Source: Eimeria praecox (taxonomy: Eukaryota). From it: a DNA stretch of 64,000 nucleotides. Positions 60,900 to 64,000 of this stretch are shown in pieces. The notes under the pieces were generated by a model. That model saw only the letters and a list, made by a program, of their open reading frames with translations, was not told where the DNA came from and searched no databases. The position numbers and the translations under genes were made by a program. Numbering within the stretch: the stretch's first letter is position 1; each line of letters opens with the position of its first letter. The stretch covers positions 3,472,001-3,536,000 of the forward strand of contig OY986950.1 of assembly GCA_963920595.1 (NCBI GenBank), written 5' to 3'.

Positions 60900-61290
60900 T
60901 ATAAACGCCCCCAAAAGCCTCTAAACTCTGTCTTTCAACAGAACAAAACAACAAATTAAATTAATTTGTATTTACCTTCAATCCTGTCTGCTGCAGTTTA
61001 TCTGCAAGATTATCGACAGCAACATTGCTTGGAGCCGCAACAAGAATGGGTTTGTCTTGAGGAGGAGACAGACGAGAGAGTTGATAGAGCAAAGTAGAAG
61101 CCGTTAATGTCTTCCCTGTTCCTGGGGGACCCTTCAATAACAAACAAACATATTTAATTTATTCTATCTTAATTTAATTTAATTTAGTTTGTTTTATTTT
61201 ATTTTATTTTATTTTTTGTTTTTTGTTTTGTTTTGTTGCTGTTTCTTACAGTTCTGGTTTAGAGGCTGTATAGGGTTTATATACAAATGA

Positions 61291-61349
<59 letters not shown>

Positions 61350-61631
61350 CTATTTATTTATTTATTTATTTTGTATACAAGGAAGTAAGTAGAGAAAAAG
61401 AAAGAAGAAAAGAAAAAGAAAGAAAAGAAGTTAGCAAGCGAGAAGGCGAAACAAAAAAACAAAGATAAACAAATAAAACAAAATAAAACAAAATAAAACG
61501 AAATAAACAAAATAAAACAAAAAACGAAACAGAGAGGGAGAGAGAAATAAGACAGAAAGAAGAAGAAAGACAGAAACAAAGACAGAACGAAGTATACAAA
61601 CAGCTCATCTGTATTCATTATATTTATCTAT

Positions 61632-61674
<43 letters not shown>

Positions 61675-61990
61675 TGTATTTATTTATTATTTGCTGCTGT
61701 CTATACACCTGAATCAGCGTCAAAGGATGCTGTAGCGCGTATCTAACAGCTTCGATTTGACTTGGATTGAGAGGAGGAGATGACGGCGCAGACAAAGACG
61801 AAGGGACCTCTATACTGTACAAATAAAAACAAATATATTTATTAATAAACATTGTTATTAATTATTTATTAACACACATAGTTATTTGTGCGTTTGTTTA
61901 TTTATTTACCTATTTATTTATCTATTTATTTATTTATTTATGTTTATTTCATTTACCTATGTATTTAATTTATTTATTTATTTATTTATT

Positions 61991-62048
<58 letters not shown>

Positions 62049-63228
62049 TTATGCAAGTAAATAACGAGTCAACAAACAAATCTTTGAATACGCAAAGAAG
62101 AAACACGCGCAAGAAAAAAAGTAGAAAAAACAAAAAAATTAATAAAAATACAAAACAAAAAATTAATAAAAATACAAAACAAAAAATTAACAAAAATACA
62201 AAATTAGATCATAAATCATAAAAGAAAGAAACAAATAAAACAAATAAAACAAATAAAACAAATAAAACAAATAAAACGAATAAAACAAATAAAACAAATA
62301 AACCAAATAAACCAAATAAACCAATACTAAACTAGAGAAAGCAAGAAAAGTAGTATATTGAATTATCCTTCTGCGGTGTACATACACCTCAACATAACAA
62401 AACTATGTTTATTTTTTGTGTTTTTTTTTTCTCTCACGGTAATTTATATGGTTGTACTTCTTTTCCAAGGAATAAATCATATAAATACGGGCTTATACTT
62501 CTATCTCCAGCAGCAAACGCTGCAAGAGCCGCTGTCTTTCTATCATATGTAGCTCGGCTCCATACACTTCTTACGCTGTATAGACGGGGGGTAGGATCAT
62601 CCCATGGCCCTCCCTATAAAATAAAAAAGAAGAAAATTAATAAAAATTATATTCATAATTTATAATCTAATACACACAAAAGAAAATAATATTAAACAAA
62701 TAAATTAATATGTTTAGATATACACACATAATTCAAAAATAAACTACAACACACAAACTTATTCGCACAATCACAAATATATGCTGCGATTTATGGAGGT
62801 AAAAAGAAACAGAAATAAATAAATAAACAAATAAATAAATATAAATAAATAAATAAACAAATAAATAAATAAATAAATATATTTACATGTATATATTATA
62901 CCTCCATATTACTGCATATCCATCAGAAGCAACCAGCAGCAGCACGACCAGCAACAGCAGCAGCAACAGCAGCAGCAACAGCAGCAACAGCAACAGCAGC
63001 AGCAGCAACAGCAGCAGCAGCAACAGCAGCAGCAGCAACAGCAACAGCAGCAGCAACACCAGCAACAACAGCAGCAGCAACAGCAGCAGCAGCAACAACA
63101 GCAGCAGCAACAGCAGGAGGTCCCTTCTACCTTTCCTGGCGATTGATTTGCGAGTCCCGCTTCGATTAATCCTGAATGTCTGTTCGTTGAGACAACCCAC
63201 ACTTTGCTGCTCCAGTCAACGCATGCAG

Positions 63229-63311
<83 letters not shown>

Positions 63312-63619
63312 GTTGTTGTTGTTGTAGTACTGGTCGTGCAGCAGCTGCAGTTGCAGCAGTTTGTGCTACAACAGTTGCTGTTGCAGCAGGTGCTACCGCT
63401 GTTGCTGCCGCTGCTGCTGCTGCTGCTGCAGCAGCAGCAATTAACTGCTGCTGCAGCTTTAGCTCTTAATAAATATTTTGGTATTTTGGTAGAAATGAGC
63501 AAATTGTCCCCAGGAGAAACCTTCGAAGAAATTCTGTCGTCTTCTAAAACAAAAGAACAACGCCACTTCCCCTCACGCGTTCGATCCCACCTTATCGCAA
63601 CATCTGTCTGAAAATAGAC

Positions 63620-63693
<74 letters not shown>

Positions 63694-64000
63694 CAGCAGC
63701 ACAATGAGCAGCAGCACAATGAGCAGCAGCAGCAGCACAATGAGCAGCAGCAGCAGCACAATGAGCAGCAGCAGCAGCACAATGAGCAGCAGCAGCAGCA
63801 GCAGCAGCAGGAGTGTTGTTGTCCTCACGGCCACTTCTTCTTCACACTGTCGTTTCTCTACGTCTGCCTCAGCAGCAACGAGAGGAGCGTAAGTCCGCTG
63901 ATAAGAAATTCCGTCTTCGTATAAAACGCGACAGCACGGTAAAGGCTGACTTGCTGGGCAGACACACACACAAAACTATATATATATATATATATATATA
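54042..64000 (-). CDS. UPF1: UPF1/NAM7-family SF1B RNA helicase; 5' part lies beyond the window
   Basis: Stalk [133 protein letters not shown]. Putative last exon 54086-54042 [14 protein letters not shown]. Confidence 0.88.
57918..58357. repeat. Intronic (ATATAA)n followed by (ATACAT)n hexamer microsatellites
   Basis: Direct reading. Confidence 0.95.

Overview
Eukaryotic genomic DNA, almost certainly Eimeria (coccidian Apicomplexa), judged from massive (CAG/CTG)n tracts, interstitial AAACCCT/TTTAGGG repeats, TGCATGCA octamers and chromovirus-like retroelements. The species cannot be determined. The window crosses a sharp boundary near 19.8-20.8 kb. The left, repeat-poor segment holds three layers of Ty3/gypsy LTR retroelement plus one multi-exon hypothetical membrane-protein gene. 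Layer A is a very old minus-strand gag-PR-RT-RNaseH relic (1-~2760). Layer B is an old plus-strand relic (~9.7-19.8 kb). Layer C is a near-complete chromovirus (11431-18659, minus) nested in B, with 408-bp LTRs differing at 4 positions, a CCCAG target-site duplication, a tRNA-Pro-type PBS, a PPT, and a UUUAAAC -1 frameshift signal with hairpin. The right, repeat-rich segment carries six host genes: a UBA-like+C2 protein with a huge Q/A tail, a WD40 protein, PUF60, ZGPAT, a type I PRMT and a UPF1-family helicase that runs off the window. Most unusual observations: a possible bipartite tRNA-Pro priming site, a fully templated double-hairpin insertion, a dispersed 14-bp quasi-palindrome seen only in the repeat-rich segment, telomeric arrays abutting 3' splice sites, and a poly-Ala tract replacing a conserved UHM helix at exact length. 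All gene models and alignments were done by eye, and reference sequences are recalled from memory.
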